DNA of 64,000 bases from an uncultured Gemmatimonadales bacterium (GCA_963809895.1 CAWELD010000010.1:896001-960000); one strand, 5' to 3'; counted from the stretch's first letter, positions 36,333 through 48,453 are shown. A program made the numbers and translations. The notes: generated by a model not told the origin, from the sequence alone.

Positions 36333-39300
36333 TCACCCGCCGGCCCGCGCCCGGACGGCCTCCCAGCGAGCCATGACGTCTTCGTATTGCCGGCGAGCCT
36401 CGGCACACGCCGCCACCTCGCGCTCGGTGGGCGCCACGTCGGCGTCCTGCATGCCCATGGCCGCGCTGAGCATGGTGCGGCTGACGCCGTTCAGGGTCGG
36501 CGGACCCGAGGGGGACGCGCGGAAGAAGCGGAAGCCGCCTCCGCCACCACGCTCTTCGGGGGCCAGTGCCTCGAGATCCTCGCGCAGCGCCCGAGCGTCG
36601 GCGTCGTTGCGCGACGACAGCCGGTCCATCAGGGCCCGCGCATCGTCGTACGCGGCCTGCAGGGCCACCGCCCCGTCATACATCTCCCGCGACAGGTCGG
36701 CGAGGCGCGCCAGATCGGCGGCGGGGTCTCGACCCGCGGATCCAGGCGCAGCGACAGGGGCTGATCGAAGGACTGGCCGTTCACCGTGAGCCGGACCGTG
36801 TACTCGCCCGGCGGGGCCCATGGGGCGTTCACCGACGGATAGGTGTGGCCGGGCACGGCGCCGGTGCTGCTGGCCGCCCGGGGCTCCTCGCCGATGACGG
36901 GGTCGAAGCGCAGGTCCCAACTGAAGCGGTGCATCCCCCGCTGGGTGGAGAGCACCATCTGGGGAGCCGGCCAGTAGAGGGGCTGGTTGCAGTCGGGTGC
37001 CGACGGGATCGTTGCGGCAGATCTGGTCGTAGGCCTCCGGGTTCAGCGCAGGGTCGGGCTCGATCACCGGGTCGTCGCTGCTGTAGGAGCGGATCACGAC
37101 GCCCTGGGCGTCCAGGACGTCCAGAGTCACCGGCCCGCCCACGTTCCGCGGCAGCCAGTAGTCGATGAGCCCGCCGGGCGGGGGATTCTCACCGTGGGGG
37201 AGCTCCGGCGGCCACTCCGTGGGGTCGTTCATGCCGAAGCGCACGCGCACGGCGGTGACCGGCTCGAACAGGTAGGCGTCGGTGGCGGCCTGCGCTTCGG
37301 ACATCTGCCGGAGCGGGGTCACGTCGTCCAGGATCCAGAAGCCGCGCCCGTGGGTGCCGGCCACCAGGTCGGCGCACAGGCAGCTGTCGTCGTCCTTGAC
37401 CTGGATGTCCCGCACCGACACGGCCGGCATGTCCAGCCTGAGCGAGTGCCAGTGGTCGCCGTCGTCGAAGGACACCCACACCTGGGTCTCGGTGGCGGCG
37501 TACAGGAGTCCCTCCTTGCGCGGGTCCTCGCGGATGGAGTTGGCCACCGCGCCCGGCAGCATCCCGGTGTTGATCTCGGTCCACGTCCGGCCGCCGTCGT
37601 GGGTGCGCCAGAAGTGGGGGTTCATGTCGTCGATGCGCATGGTGTTGGCCGCGGCGTAGGCGGTGCCCGTGTCGAAGTGGCCGGCTTCGATGTTGAAGAT
37701 GCGCGTCCACGGCTCGATCTCCGGAGGCGTGACGTTGGTCCACGTCGTGCCGCCGTCCATGGTCACCTGGATGTTGCCGTCGTCGGTGCCCGCCCAGAGC
37801 ACGCCGACGTCCAGGGGCGACGCCGACAGCGCCGTGATGGTGCCCTGGGGGCTCACCGTCGACGTCGTCGGCGTACTTGCCGGCGGTGGCCGGGACCTCC
37901 CAGCTCTGCCGCGCCAGATCCGGGCTGATGCGCGTCCAGGAATGCCCCCGATCCGTGGTCTTCCACACCGCGTTGGAGGTGTAGTACAGAACGTCGGGAT
38001 CCACCGGCGACCACAGGATCGGCATGGTGCGCACGTCGCGGTTGTAGGGTCCGCCCCGGGGGCCCATGTCCGGGCCCGACGTTGGTGGTCTGACCCGTGC
38101 GCCGGTTGTAGAGGGACACGTCGCTGCGGGAGCTGCCGTAGACCATGTCCGGGTCGCGGGGATCGGGCGCGGCGATGCCGTACTCCTGGATGTTCACCGG
38201 ATGCCAGTCGTGGAAGGTGATCATGCCGTCGTTGGAGCGGCTCTGCACGCACGCCGAGCCCGAGTCCTGCTGGCCGCCGCACAGGCGGTAGGGGAAGGCG
38301 TCGTCGGCGGTGACGTGGTACATGGCCGCCGTGGGCTGGGTGTACCAGTTGCTCCACGACTCGCCGCGGTTGGCCGAGACCACCGCGCCCTGGTCCGAGA
38401 CCGCCAGGATGATCTTCGGGTCGTTGGGGTTGATCCAGATCTTCTGGTAGTCGTCGCCGCCGTAGGCGCCGCGGACCGCGGACCAGTGCACGCCGCCGTC
38501 GTCGCTTCGCCACATCACCACCGTGGCGCTGTAGACCACGTTCTCGTCCATGGGATCGACGGTGATGGTGGGCAGGTCGCCTCCGCCGATGCGCCGGAGC
38601 GGCCGCGTGTCCACGAGGGCGGTGGCCGCGCCCACCGGGCCCTCGGGCACGTCGACCGGGGTCCAGTGCTCGCCGGCGTCGGTGGACTTGTAGAAGCCCA
38701 CGATGCCCGTGGTGCCGCCGTCGCGTCCGGCGCCGGCCTCGTCGCTGGCCTGCGGCGTGCCCGCCACCATGGCGTACAGCAGGTGAGGATTGCTGGGCGC
38801 CAGGGCCAGGTTGGCCTCGATGACGCTGGGCAGGCCCTCGGTGAGCGGGCGCCAGGTGGTGCCGCCGTCGGTGGACTTGAAGATGCCGTTGCCGGAGCCG
38901 CCGAACTCGCCGCTCTCGCGGAAGCTCTGCTGCTGCTGCCACAGGGTGGCGTAGACCACGTTCGGGTCCGACGGGTCGATGCAGGACGTCGTTGCCGCTG
39001 GTGTACTCGTCGCGGTAGAGGACCTTCTCGAAGGTCCGGCCGCCGTCGGTGGAGCGGAAGATGCCCCGCTCCTCGTTGGGTCCGTAGGGATGGCCCAGCG
39101 CCGCCACGAAGAGGCGGTCGGGGTTGGTGGGATCGACCACCACGTCGGCGATCATCTGGGTCTCGCGCAGGCCCAGGTGCTCCAGGTCTCGCCACCGTCG
39201 GTGGACTTGTACATGCCGTCGCCGGTGGACAGGTCGGGGCGGATGATCCCGGCGCCGCTGCCGACGTAGATGATGTCCGGGTTCGGACGGGGCCACGGCG

Positions 39301-39579
39301 ATGGCGCCGATGGAGCCCGTGGGCTGGTCGTCGAAGATGGGCTCCCAGGTGGAGCCGTAGTCGGAGGAGCGCCACACGCCGCCGTTGTCGAAGCCGATGT
39401 AGAAGACGTTGCGCTGGCTGGGCACACCGTCCAGCGCACGGGTGCGACCGGCCCGGGTCGGGCCCGATGGAGCGCCAGTGCATGTCGCCCCACATCTCCG
39501 GGGACTGCGCGTGGGCGGGAGTGGTCGACGCCGCCAGGACCAGCAGCATCATGACGAAGAAAAACGAGATCTTGCGCAC
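36333..39579 (-). CDS. Second VPS10/BNR-repeat glycosyl hydrolase-like protein with many frameshifts
   Basis: MRKISFFFV.. signal; HWRSIGP; FDNGGVWRS; STDGG boxes; GGQQDSGS; WAGTDDG; GTHGRGFWILDD; segments in three frames. Confidence 0.85.
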
Positions 39580-39787
39580 GGTAACGCCTCCTTGAGCCCG
39601 GTCGTCACGGCCGGGGCGTAACGATCATCCGACCCGAACAGTCTGGGGTGTCGCCGGCCCCGGGGCCAGCGCCGGGCCGCCGACCCGCGCTTGACCGGCG
39701 GCCCTCGGCGGCTGACCGTTAGCTGTGCTCGTCTCCGACTCCGCAGGCGCGGGGCCGGAGCGTTGTCCGCCTCTCTCCTGTGAGACC

Positions 39788-41251
39788 ATGCCAACCGCCT
39801 TCGTGTCCCGCGTCCTGATCGCGGCCGTCGCGAGCGCCGGTGTCGTCGCGTCGTCGCCTCCGCTTCTCGCCCAGGCGACCCAGGACCCCGCCAGCGCCAT
39901 CCAGGTGCCCTTCGAGCGCTACAACCTGCCGAACGGGCTCACCGTGATCCTCTCCGAGGACCACTCCACCCCCACCGTGGCCGTGAACGTCTGGTACCAC
40001 GTGGGCTCCAAGAACGAAGAGCCGGGCCGCACCGGCTTCGCGCACCTCTTCGAGCACGTGATGTTCACGGGCTCGGCGCACGTGCCCTACGGTGTGCACG
40101 ACCGCTACACCGAGGGCGTCGGCGGCAGCAACAACGGCTCCACCACCAACGACCGGACCAACTACTACGAGACCGTGCCCTCCAACTACCTGGAGGACGC
40201 CCTCTGGCTGGAGTCCGATCGCATGGGGTGGCTCCTGGACGCGCTGGACATCGACAAGCTCAACGCGCAGCGGGACATCGTGAAGAACGAGCGCCGCCAG
40301 AGCTACGACAACCGCCCGTACGGCCGCGCCAGCGAGATCATCAGCGCGGCGATCTATCCCGAGGGTCATCCCTACCATTGGCCGGTGATCGGGAGCATGG
40401 AGGACCTGAGCGCGGCGTCGGCGGACGACGTGAAGAGCTTCTTCCGACTCTACTACGCGCCCAACAACGCCACCGTGGCCATCGTCGGCGACTTCGACCC
40501 GGCGCAGGCGAAGGCATGGGTGACGAAGTACTTCGGGGAGATTCCCCGCGGGAACCCCATCACGCGGCCCACTGCCCCGCCGGTGACGCTCCAGTCCGAG
40601 ACGCGGTTGGTCTACGAGGACCGGGTGCAGGTGCCCCGCCTCTACATCACCTGGCCCACGGTGGGCGTGAAGGACGGTGACCACTACGCGCTGGACATCC
40701 TGGGGGACATCCTGTCGGGCTCGCGCACCGCGCGCCTGACCAAGGGCCTGGTCTACGATCGCCAGACGGCGGCCCAGGTATCGGCCCGGCAGGGCGACGA
40801 CGAGCTGGTGGGCCAGTTCTCGGTGACCGTCACACCCCGGCCGGGCAGCTCGCTCACCAGCCTGGAGCTGGCGGCCGACTCCATCCTGGAGCGAATGAAG
40901 GCAGAGGGGCCCACGGCCGAGGAGCTTCAGAAGGTGAAGGCCGGGCTCGAGCTCGGCGCCATCAGCCGTCTGCAGTCGAACCTGGCCCGGGCCGACGCGC
41001 TGGCCGAAGGCAGTGTGTTCCACGACGATCCGGGCGCGTTCCTCACCGACCTGCAACGTCTGCAGGCCGTGACGGCCGCCGATGTCCAGCGCGTGGCTCG
41101 GCACTACCTGACCAGCGGGCGCGTGGTGTTGAGCATCGTGCCCATGGGCAAACCCGAGCTCGCATCCAAGCCTGGTGAAAACACGCGCGTGAGCGCGCTC
41201 GATTCGAACCCGACCTCCAGAGCCGGCGCCGCCGGGGAGGTTTCCCGATGA
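39788..41251 (+). CDS. M16 (pitrilysin-family) zinc peptidase, catalytic subunit
   Basis: GFAHLFEHVMF (HxxEH), NGSTTNDRTNY, LWLESDRM, VKNERR, YYAPNNA. Confidence 0.92.
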   Translation: MPTAFVSRVLIAAVASAGVVASSPPLLAQATQDPASAIQVPFERYNLPNGLTVILSEDHSTPTVAVNVWYHVGSKNEEPGRTGFAHLFEHVMFTGSAHVPYGVHDRYTEGVGGSNNGSTTNDRTNYYETVPSNYLEDALWLESDRMGWLLDALDIDKLNAQRDIVKNERRQSYDNRPYGRASEIISAAIYPEGHPYHWPVIGSMEDLSAASADDVKSFFRLYYAPNNATVAIVGDFDPAQAKAWVTKYFGEIPRGNPITRPTAPPVTLQSETRLVYEDRVQVPRLYITWPTVGVKDGDHYALDILGDILSGSRTARLTKGLVYDRQTAAQVSARQGDDELVGQFSVTVTPRPGSSLTSLELAADSILERMKAEGPTAEELQKVKAGLELGAISRLQSNLARADALAEGSVFHDDPGAFLTDLQRLQAVTAADVQRVARHYLTSGRVVLSIVPMGKPELASKPGENTRVSALDSNPTSRAGAAGEVSR

Positions 41252-42717
41252 AGATCCGCCGTCGAATCCATCTCCTCCCGGCCGTCGTCGCCCTGACCCT
41301 GGCGCCGGCAGCGCTCCGCGCGCAGGCGGGACCCAGCAGCTTCGACCGCTCGACTCCGCCGGAGCCCATGGCGCCGCGTCCGTTGCACGTGCCGTCCTGG
41401 AGCGAGCAGACCCTGGCCAACGGCGCGACGCTGGTCGTGTCCGAGAAGCGCGACCTGCCCCTGGTCTCGTTCACCATCAACTTCGTCGGCGGCACGGACC
41501 AGTACGAGCCCGCGGACCGCACGGGGCTGGCCGACATGACCGCGTCCATGATGAGCGAGGGCACCCGCTCCCGGACCGGCGACCAGCTCTCCGACGATCT
41601 GGACCTTCTGGGCACCTCGGTGAACGTGCGCGTCGGGGGCGAGTCGGGCTCCATGGGCTTCACGTCCACCACGGAGAACTTCCCGGCGGTGCTGGCTATC
41701 CTGGCCGACATGCTGGAGAACCCGACCTTCCCGGACGCCGCGCTGGAACGGCTCCGGGCCAGAACGTTGGTGAGCCTCACACAGGCCGAGGACCAGCCGA
41801 CCTTCATCGCCCGCAACGTCTTCGCCCGTGTTCTCTACGGCGAGAACCACCCCTACGGCCGCTTCGCCACGAGCGATGCCGTGCAGGCCATCACCCGCGA
41901 CGACGTGACGGCCTTTCATCAGGCCTATTTCCGGCCCGGGCACGCGGTGATCACGGTGGTGGGTGACGTGGACGCCTCGGCCGTGCGGGCCACGGTGGAC
42001 GACGCGCTGGGTGGCTGGGCCGGGGGCGGTGAGGCGCCGTCATTCGACTATCCCGCGCCGCCCGCGCCGAAGGCCACGACCATCTATCTGGTGGACAAGC
42101 CCGGCGCCGCGCAGTCGGTGTTCGCCATCGGGCTGCCGGGCCCGGCACGCGACACACCGGACTACGACGCCATCGAGGTCATGAACACAATCCTCGGTGG
42201 GCTCTTCCAGTCGCGTCTCAACCACGACATTCGCGAGGTGAAGGGCTACAGCTACGGCGTGCGCTCCAACTTCGCCTTCGGCCGGGGCCCGGGCGCCTTC
42301 CAGGCCGGGGGCTCCATCGTCACGGCCAAGAGCGACAGCGCGCTCATCGCCTTCATGGCCCACCTGCGGGGCGTGCGGGGGAGCGAGCCCTTCACCGACG
42401 ACGAGATGGCGCAGGGCAAGGCGGCCATCATCCAGAGCCTACCCCGGGTGTTCGCCTCGGTGAACGCCACCGCGGGCGCCATCTCTGCGCTCTATCTCGA
42501 GGACCTGCCGCAGGACTACTACCAGTCCATCGCGGGTCGCATCGATCAGGTGACCAAGGACGACCTGGTCCGGGTGGCGAACAAGTACATCGACATCGAC
42601 CACCTGGCCATCGTCATCGTGGGTGACCGTTCCGTCATCGAGGAGCCGCTGCGCCAGACGGGGATCGCGCCCATCGTGCATCTGGATCTGCAGGGGCGCC
42701 CGCTGCCCGAGGGCTGA
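41248..42717 (+). CDS. M16 peptidase non-catalytic partner subunit
   Basis: GLADMTASMMSEGT (no HxxEH), SRLNHDIREVKGYSYG; ATGA overlap. Confidence 0.9.
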   Translation: MKIRRRIHLLPAVVALTLAPAALRAQAGPSSFDRSTPPEPMAPRPLHVPSWSEQTLANGATLVVSEKRDLPLVSFTINFVGGTDQYEPADRTGLADMTASMMSEGTRSRTGDQLSDDLDLLGTSVNVRVGGESGSMGFTSTTENFPAVLAILADMLENPTFPDAALERLRARTLVSLTQAEDQPTFIARNVFARVLYGENHPYGRFATSDAVQAITRDDVTAFHQAYFRPGHAVITVVGDVDASAVRATVDDALGGWAGGGEAPSFDYPAPPAPKATTIYLVDKPGAAQSVFAIGLPGPARDTPDYDAIEVMNTILGGLFQSRLNHDIREVKGYSYGVRSNFAFGRGPGAFQAGGSIVTAKSDSALIAFMAHLRGVRGSEPFTDDEMAQGKAAIIQSLPRVFASVNATAGAISALYLEDLPQDYYQSIAGRIDQVTKDDLVRVANKYIDIDHLAIVIVGDRSVIEEPLRQTGIAPIVHLDLQGRPLPEG

Positions 42718-42730
42718 CGCCCGGGAGACG

Positions 42731-42769
42731 GCCGCCGGGGGAGGGCCGAGGTCGGCTCCCCCCGGCGGC
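42731..42769. terminator. GC hairpin between convergent genes
   Basis: GCCGCCGGGGGAG...CTCCCCCCGGCGGC. Confidence 0.6.
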
Positions 42770-42775
42770 TGCCTG

Positions 42776-45207
42776 TCACCCTCCGGGCGGGAAGGAGGGG
42801 GGCGCGTCGTCGGAGCTCCTGGCCCATGCCGTGTCCGGGCTCGCCGACAGGTCGAAGCGGAGCGTGCCGCCGTCGGCCACGAACGAGTCGGGAAGCCAGG
42901 CGCGTGAGCTGGCGCTGCCGTTCACGGTGACGCCCCGGATCCACGCCAGGGAATCCGCGCCCGGGGCCTCGACGGCGATGGTCGTCCCGTCCGCGCGCCG
43001 GATCTCGCACCCGGTCGAAGGCGGGCGTCGACAGCAGGAGCTCGGCCCGGCCCGGAATCCCCGGGTACATGCCGCTGGCCGTCCAAACGTACCACGCCGA
43101 CATGGCGCCCAGGTCGTCGTTTCCGGGGATGCCGTGCGGTCGATCGCCCCACAGGCGGTGGAGGATCTCGCGCAGCGTCTCCTGGGTCCGATCCGGACGC
43201 CCGGCCCACGAGATAGAGCCAGGGCGCGCCCACCGAGGGCTCGTTGTCCATCTCGGCGTGCTCGCCGCCCAGGCCCGTGAGGGCCCAGCCCCCGTCGGGC
43301 AGGTGGAAGAAGGCGTCCAGGCGCGCCAACGCGACCGCATCGCCTCCCATGGCGTCGAAGAGACCCTGCACGTCGAAGGGAATCATCCAGGTGTACTGTG
43401 CGCTCGAGCCCTCGGCGAAGCCCCGGGTGGAGGCGGGCCGGAAGTCGGTCCAGGTGCCGTCGGCCTCGCGGTCCTGGATGTACCCTCCCTCGGGCGTGGC
43501 GTCGGGGTTGAAGACGTTTCGCCAGTAGCCGGCGCGCTCCAGGAATTCCTGGTGGGCCTCGTCGTCGCCGAGGCGGGCCGCGAGCTGAGAGAGCGCGAAG
43601 TCGGCCGTGACGTCTTCCAACGTCTCGCCGGCGCCGCCCCAGGCGTTGCCGTCGGCGGGGACGTAGTGGAGCGTGAGCCACTGGTCGAGGGACGGACGCT
43701 GGCCGGGACACATGACGGGGCAGCCTTCGTCGCTGAGATCCAGCTCGGTGGGCACGCGAGCTGCCTGGGCCAACGAGGCGAGGGCCGCCGGCGCGTCGAA
43801 GCGGGTGCCCCCGAAGGCGTGGATGCCCGCCACCGCGGCGGCCGACGCGTCGCCCTCCATGACGTGGGTGGCGCCGGTATTGTGCGTCCAGCGGTCCCAC
43901 ACGCCGCCGTTCTGATTGGCCTGGTTCAGGAAGGACTGGGCGATGTCGCTTCCGACCCCCGCGTCCAGGAGCGTGACCAGCTGAAGCTGGGACCGGTAGA
44001 CGTCCCAGCCCGAGAAATTGGCGTACTGCGCCACCTGGGGATCCTCGACGGCGTGCACCTGGCCGTCGAAGCCGGCGTACTGGCCGTTCACGTCGCTGAA
44101 GAGGTTGGGGTGGAGCAGCGCGTGGTAGAGGGCGGTGTAGAAGATGGTACGCTGCGCGTCGGTGCCGCCGGCCACGCGCACCTGTGCCAGGCGGTCGTGC
44201 CAGTCGGCCCGGGCCCGGCGGCGGGTGGCCTCCAGCGTGGCGTCGGCAGGGCTCTCGGCCTCCAGGTTGGCGCGAGCGTTGTCCAGGCTCACGTAGGAGA
44301 TCCCCACGCGCACGTCGACCACGGCGCCGTCGGCGGGATCGAAGGCCACCCACACTCCCGAGCCGCGGCCGCTCTCGGGGTAGCCGTCGTCGCCGTAGCC
44401 GGTGCCGCCGTGGGCCTCGGTCTCGCCGGGGCTCAGACGGTCGTCCTCCCAGGCGCCGGTGGCCTGGAAGTCGCGATCGAACACGGCCACGAAGTAGAGC
44501 GTGTAGTAGTCGTGACGGACCACGGGATGGATGTAGCCGCAGAAATTGCCGCTGGAGACGTGGCCGCTGACGGTGCGCGTGGCGGCGTCGACCGTGGTGA
44601 CGGCATCGCCCGAGCCGACCTCGGAGTCGGACGTGCGCACGAGCAGAACCGCGCTGGTGTCCGGAGGAAAGGTGAAGCGGCCCACCCCGGTGCGGCTGGT
44701 GGCGCTCAGCTGGGCGTCGATGCCGGAGCGCATGCGCACCTGGTAGTAGCCGGGCTCGGCGTGCTCGTTGGCGTGCTCGAAGGGCGTGGCGAAGAAGCGA
44801 TCGGTGGTGTCGGCCGAGGGCGAGGAGCGTACTGCCCCGAGCACCGGCATGAACGGCACGTCTCCCGAGGCTCCACGGCACCCGGTGCCGGAGAGATGGG
44901 TCAGGCTGAAGCCTCGGATGCGGGTGGCGTCGTACTGATATCCCCCCGGCGCCGGACGGCGGGTGGGATCACCCCGCGTGGTCTCCGGACTCCACTGCAC
45001 CATGCCGAAGGGAACCACGGCGCCCGGCACCGTGTTGCCGCCGTTGGCGGTACCGATCAACGGATCGACCCAGACCACCGGGTCCTCGACGAGCGCGGGT
45101 CCGGGTTCCGGGGCGCAGGCGACGGTCAGGGCGCACAGGGTGGCCAGGGCGAGCGCCGAGGGCATTCCGATCCTGCACGCCGTTCCGTTCGTTTTCGTGC
45201 TGGTCAT
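42776..45207 (-). CDS. GH92 alpha-1,2-mannosidase lipoprotein (frameshifts ~43210 and ~43010)
   Basis: VDPLIGT..PGAVVPFGMVQWSP, FSLTHLSGTGC, FSGWDVYRSQ, FAEGSSAQYTW, DNEPS, PGNDDLGAMSAWYV. Confidence 0.9.
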
Positions 45208-45683
45208 GGTTGGTAGGTCGTGGTGAGAGTCTGATGCTTCGTCGGTCCCCGGACATCCCATCGGACCTCCAGGCGGTCCTGGTACGCGCGCACCCGCGCT
45301 CGATACAGGTCGTCGCCGCACCGATGGGGTTCGGGGGATTCCCATCGGTCGTCGCCGTCCCGTACGAGGACGACGAGCGGGACTGGCCGGTCCGGACCCC
45401 GCCGTAGATGGGCCACGGCGACCTCATCGGGGCCGAGATGCTCCCAGCGGTACGCCGCGCGAAAGCGGAGCGGCTCGCCGGGGTGCGGCTCCCAGCGCCC
45501 GGATTCCTCGACGACGACGGATCCCGACCCGCCACCTCGCGCCAGCACCGTGCCCCGACCCCGTCCGGCGCGCATCTCGCCCGCCGCGTCGGTCCATTCC
45601 ACGCGCAGGTCCAGGGCCCGCGCTTCCAGCAGAGCTCGCAAGAGACCGCCCGCCGGGTCCGTCGCCCCGTCAGTCGGCGTCAC
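45204..45683 (-). CDS. DUF6314-like protein
   Basis: EESGRW..YRW..HRCGDDLYRA..WDVRGPTK. Confidence 0.65.
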   Translation of the reverse strand: MTPTDGATDPAGGLLRALLEARALDLRVEWTDAAGEMRAGRGRGTVLARGGGSGSVVVEESGRWEPHPGEPLRFRAAYRWEHLGPDEVAVAHLRRGPDRPVPLVVLVRDGDDRWESPEPHRCGDDLYRARVRAYQDRLEVRWDVRGPTKHQTLTTTYQP

Positions 45684-45714
45684 GGGTCGCGAGCCCTCCG
45701 AACTCCAGGACCGC

Positions 45715-46650
45715 TCATGCGCCCGGACCCCAGCTGCCGGTACGCTCGTCGGCGTCGGTGGCGACCAGGGCCCGGGATTCGCCTCCGGTCGCCGGAACCA
45801 CGAACAGGTCGTTCCGGCGCCCCCCGTCCAGGGGCGAGCCGGTGAAGAGCAGCCATCGTCCGTCGGGCGACCAGGTGGGTTGGTAATGGAGCCCGCCCGA
45901 GGTCAGCCAGGCCAGTCCGGTGCCATCGGCGGAGATCACGGCGATGCGGGATTCCTCACCGGACTGGGCATGGAAGGCCACGCGGGTGCCGTCGGGGGAG
46001 AAGCGGGGGCCCCCGTCACTCCCGTCACGCCGCAGCAATCGGCGCTCCGTCCCGCTGACCATGTCCAGCAGGTAGATGTCCGTGTCGCCCTCCGGAGCGA
46101 TCCGCGTGAACACCACCGTGCGCCCATCCGGGGCCCAGGCGCCTCCGAACGAGGATTCGAGCGGTCTCCGGGTCAGCCTTTGGAGGCCGGTGCCATCGGC
46201 ATTCATGACCCAGAGGTTGCCCACGAACTCTCCCTGGGGGCCCCTCTGCTCACCTCGGGTGGAGAAGAACAGGATGCGGGTGCCGTCGGGCGACCATTCC
46301 GGGAGAATGTCTTCGTCCCGGTGTTGCGTCAGGTTGACGGGGTGGGCTCCGTCTGCGTCCATCGCGTAGATCTCGCGATTTCCGTCACGCAGCGTCTGGA
46401 AGACGATGCGCCGGCCGTCCGGCGACCACCGGCCCCAGTGGTCCTGGCCCGGGGTGTCGGTCAGGTTGACGGGTGTGCCCGCGCGACCCCGCTGTACGAA
46501 GAGATCTGCCTCTCCCCCCGGCGAAGCCGTGAACAGCACCATCGCCGTCTCGGGCGACCAGGCCTCCTGCGCCCACCAGCCGCGAGCCTCGGGCGGCCAG
46601 CCGAGCGTGGCCGCGACCACGAGCGCCAAGGCTGCGACGAGGCCCGTCAC
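45715..46650 (-). CDS. TolB-like PD40 beta-propeller protein
   Basis: Repeated WSPDG/FSPDG motifs, signal peptide. Confidence 0.85.
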   Translation of the reverse strand: MTGLVAALALVVAATLGWPPEARGWWAQEAWSPETAMVLFTASPGGEADLFVQRGRAGTPVNLTDTPGQDHWGRWSPDGRRIVFQTLRDGNREIYAMDADGAHPVNLTQHRDEDILPEWSPDGTRILFFSTRGEQRGPQGEFVGNLWVMNADGTGLQRLTRRPLESSFGGAWAPDGRTVVFTRIAPEGDTDIYLLDMVSGTERRLLRRDGSDGGPRFSPDGTRVAFHAQSGEESRIAVISADGTGLAWLTSGGLHYQPTWSPDGRWLLFTGSPLDGGRRNDLFVVPATGGESRALVATDADERTGSWGPGA

Positions 46651-47048
46651 GGCCACACGCCGAGGATCAGACCCATGGCGAGGAAGGCCACCACGTGGTA
46701 GCCGGCGTTGACCATCCAATGGGCCAGCGGACGCTGCTCGAACAGATAGACGACGCCGAACGCTGGAGCGACCCAGAACACGCCCACCGCGCCTGCGACC
46801 ATGAGGGCGTATACGGTCGTCGGGTTGCCGCCGAGAAACTGCGCCAACACCGCGGCCGCCACCAGCTGCAGGATGAACGAGAGGCCGAAGATCTTGCCCT
46901 TGTTGCCCTGATTGACCTGCTCCTCGGTGACGCCGGCGCTGCTCATCCAGAGCTTGCCGAACAACGGTCCGTACCAGATGCCTCCGATGACGAAGCTGCT
47001 CAGGGCCGCCACCAACACCGCCAGCCAGTTGACGCTCTCGGTGCCCAT
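46647..47048 (-). CDS. DUF1761 membrane protein
   Basis: [35 protein letters not shown]. Confidence 0.85.
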   Translation of the reverse strand: MGTESVNWLAVLVAALSSFVIGGIWYGPLFGKLWMSSAGVTEEQVNQGNKGKIFGLSFILQLVAAAVLAQFLGGNPTTVYALMVAGAVGVFWVAPAFGVVYLFEQRPLAHWMVNAGYHVVAFLAMGLILGVWP

Positions 47049-47133
47049 CGGTCGCTACCTCCTGGAGAGGGGAAGGATCGAATCCGACGGGCATGATAAC
47101 GTCGGAGGCGGCTCCAGGCTCGTTTCCGGGGCG

Positions 47134-48000
47134 TTACCCGGCGCCCTCGCCGCACAGGACGCGAGCCAGTTCGGGAAGCACCTGGCCCAGTCGCCCTTCC
47201 ACCTTCAGGGCGGCGACCTCGTCTCCGCGCGTGGGGCCCAGGTTGACGATGGCCACGGGCTTGTCGTCGCGCTGCGCCCGGAGAACGAAGCGACGGCCGG
47301 AGAAGACGGCGAGGGACGATCCCACGACCATCAGGACCTCTCCTTCCTCGTAGAGCTGCCAGGCCCGTTCCACCCGCTCCGCCGGTACCTTTTCGCCGAA
47401 GAAGACCACGTCGGGCTTGAGGATTCCCCCGCAGTGCTCGCAGGAGGGGACCCTGAAGGAGGATTCGGCGCCGTCCTGCAGCTCGGCGTCACCGTCGGCC
47501 GTGAAGGTCCGGACCGCGGATTCGAACCCCGGGTTCAGCGCCGTGAGGCGCGCCTGCATCGCCCATCGCTCCAGCGCCGTGTCACAGGCGGTGCAGCGCA
47601 CGCGTGCCAGGTCGCCGTGGAGGTCCACCACCCTGCGGCTGCCTGCCGCCCGGTGGAGCCCATCCACGTTCTGGGTGATCACGCCCGCGACGATTCCCGC
47701 GTCTTCGAGGCGGGCCAGCGCCCGGTGGCCCCGGTTCGGGCGGGCGGAGGAGAACCTCGGCCAACCCACCATGCTTCGGGACCAGTAGCGGGCTCTGGCC
47801 GGGCCGCTCCCCATGAACTCCTGGTAGCGCATGGGCTCGCTCGTCCGAAGACTGCCCCGGGGGCCGCGGTAGTCGGGAATGCCCGACTCGGTGCTGCACC
47901 CGGCGCCGGCGAGCACGGTGATGCGACGTCCCGCCAGAAAGCGTGGGAGTTCGGCCGACGAGGCGCCGACAGTGGTCGGAACGGCGTCCGGGAGGCTCAT
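47134..48000 (-). CDS. NAD-dependent protein deacylase, sirtuin class II (SIRT4-like)
   Basis: [56 protein letters not shown]. Confidence 0.92.
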   Translation of the reverse strand: MSLPDAVPTTVGASSAELPRFLAGRRITVLAGAGCSTESGIPDYRGPRGSLRTSEPMRYQEFMGSGPARARYWSRSMVGWPRFSSARPNRGHRALARLEDAGIVAGVITQNVDGLHRAAGSRRVVDLHGDLARVRCTACDTALERWAMQARLTALNPGFESAVRTFTADGDAELQDGAESSFRVPSCEHCGGILKPDVVFFGEKVPAERVERAWQLYEEGEVLMVVGSSLAVFSGRRFVLRAQRDDKPVAIVNLGPTRGDEVAALKVEGRLGQVLPELARVLCGEGAG

Positions 48001-48015
48001 GGGAACGGCTGCGCG

Positions 48016-48453
48016 TCAGGCGGTCTCGCCCACCGCCTCGCGCACCTGGCGCTTGAGGCGGGCGAGAATGGCGCCCATCCCCCGCAGCCTGAGTGGCGAG
48101 ACCACGGACTCCAGCCCCATGCGGGCGTAGAAGTCCGGGGGGACCTCCAGCACCTCTCGCCAGGGCAGGCCCTCCAGGCCCTCGCGCAGGATTCCGGCGA
48201 ATCCCCGGACCGTCGGACTCTCCGCGGGGGCGTCGAAGAAGAGGTGCACGTGGCCGTCGTCGTCCAGGCGCGTGGCCAGGAAGAACGGTGTCTGGCACTC
48301 GTGCACCTGCTCCAGCTGCGAGCGGTCGGCCGCGAGGTCGTCGGGAAGGGGTGGCACCTTCTTCGCGAAGTGCAGGAGGGCTTGCACGCGGAAGTCCTTC
48401 GGGGACTTCTGGAACCGGTCCACGATGGTGGAGAGACTGGCGGGCATGGTCAT
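48016..48453 (-). CDS. SufE-family sulfur acceptor
   Basis: QVHECQTP, APAESPTVRGFAGIL, VSPLRLRGM. Confidence 0.88.
   Translation of the reverse strand: MTMPASLSTIVDRFQKSPKDFRVQALLHFAKKVPPLPDDLAADRSQLEQVHECQTPFFLATRLDDDGHVHLFFDAPAESPTVRGFAGILREGLEGLPWREVLEVPPDFYARMGLESVVSPLRLRGMGAILARLKRQVREAVGETA

Noticed and set aside
32608..39591. Shared GTAACGCCTCC upstream of both BNR genes
   Set aside because: Opposite orientation relative to the two genes; the copy at 39581 is simply the reverse complement of the SD
47134..48000. Sir2 as an antiphage (Thoeris/DSR) effector
   Set aside because: Has the canonical class II Zn-binding deacylase motifs and housekeeping neighbours
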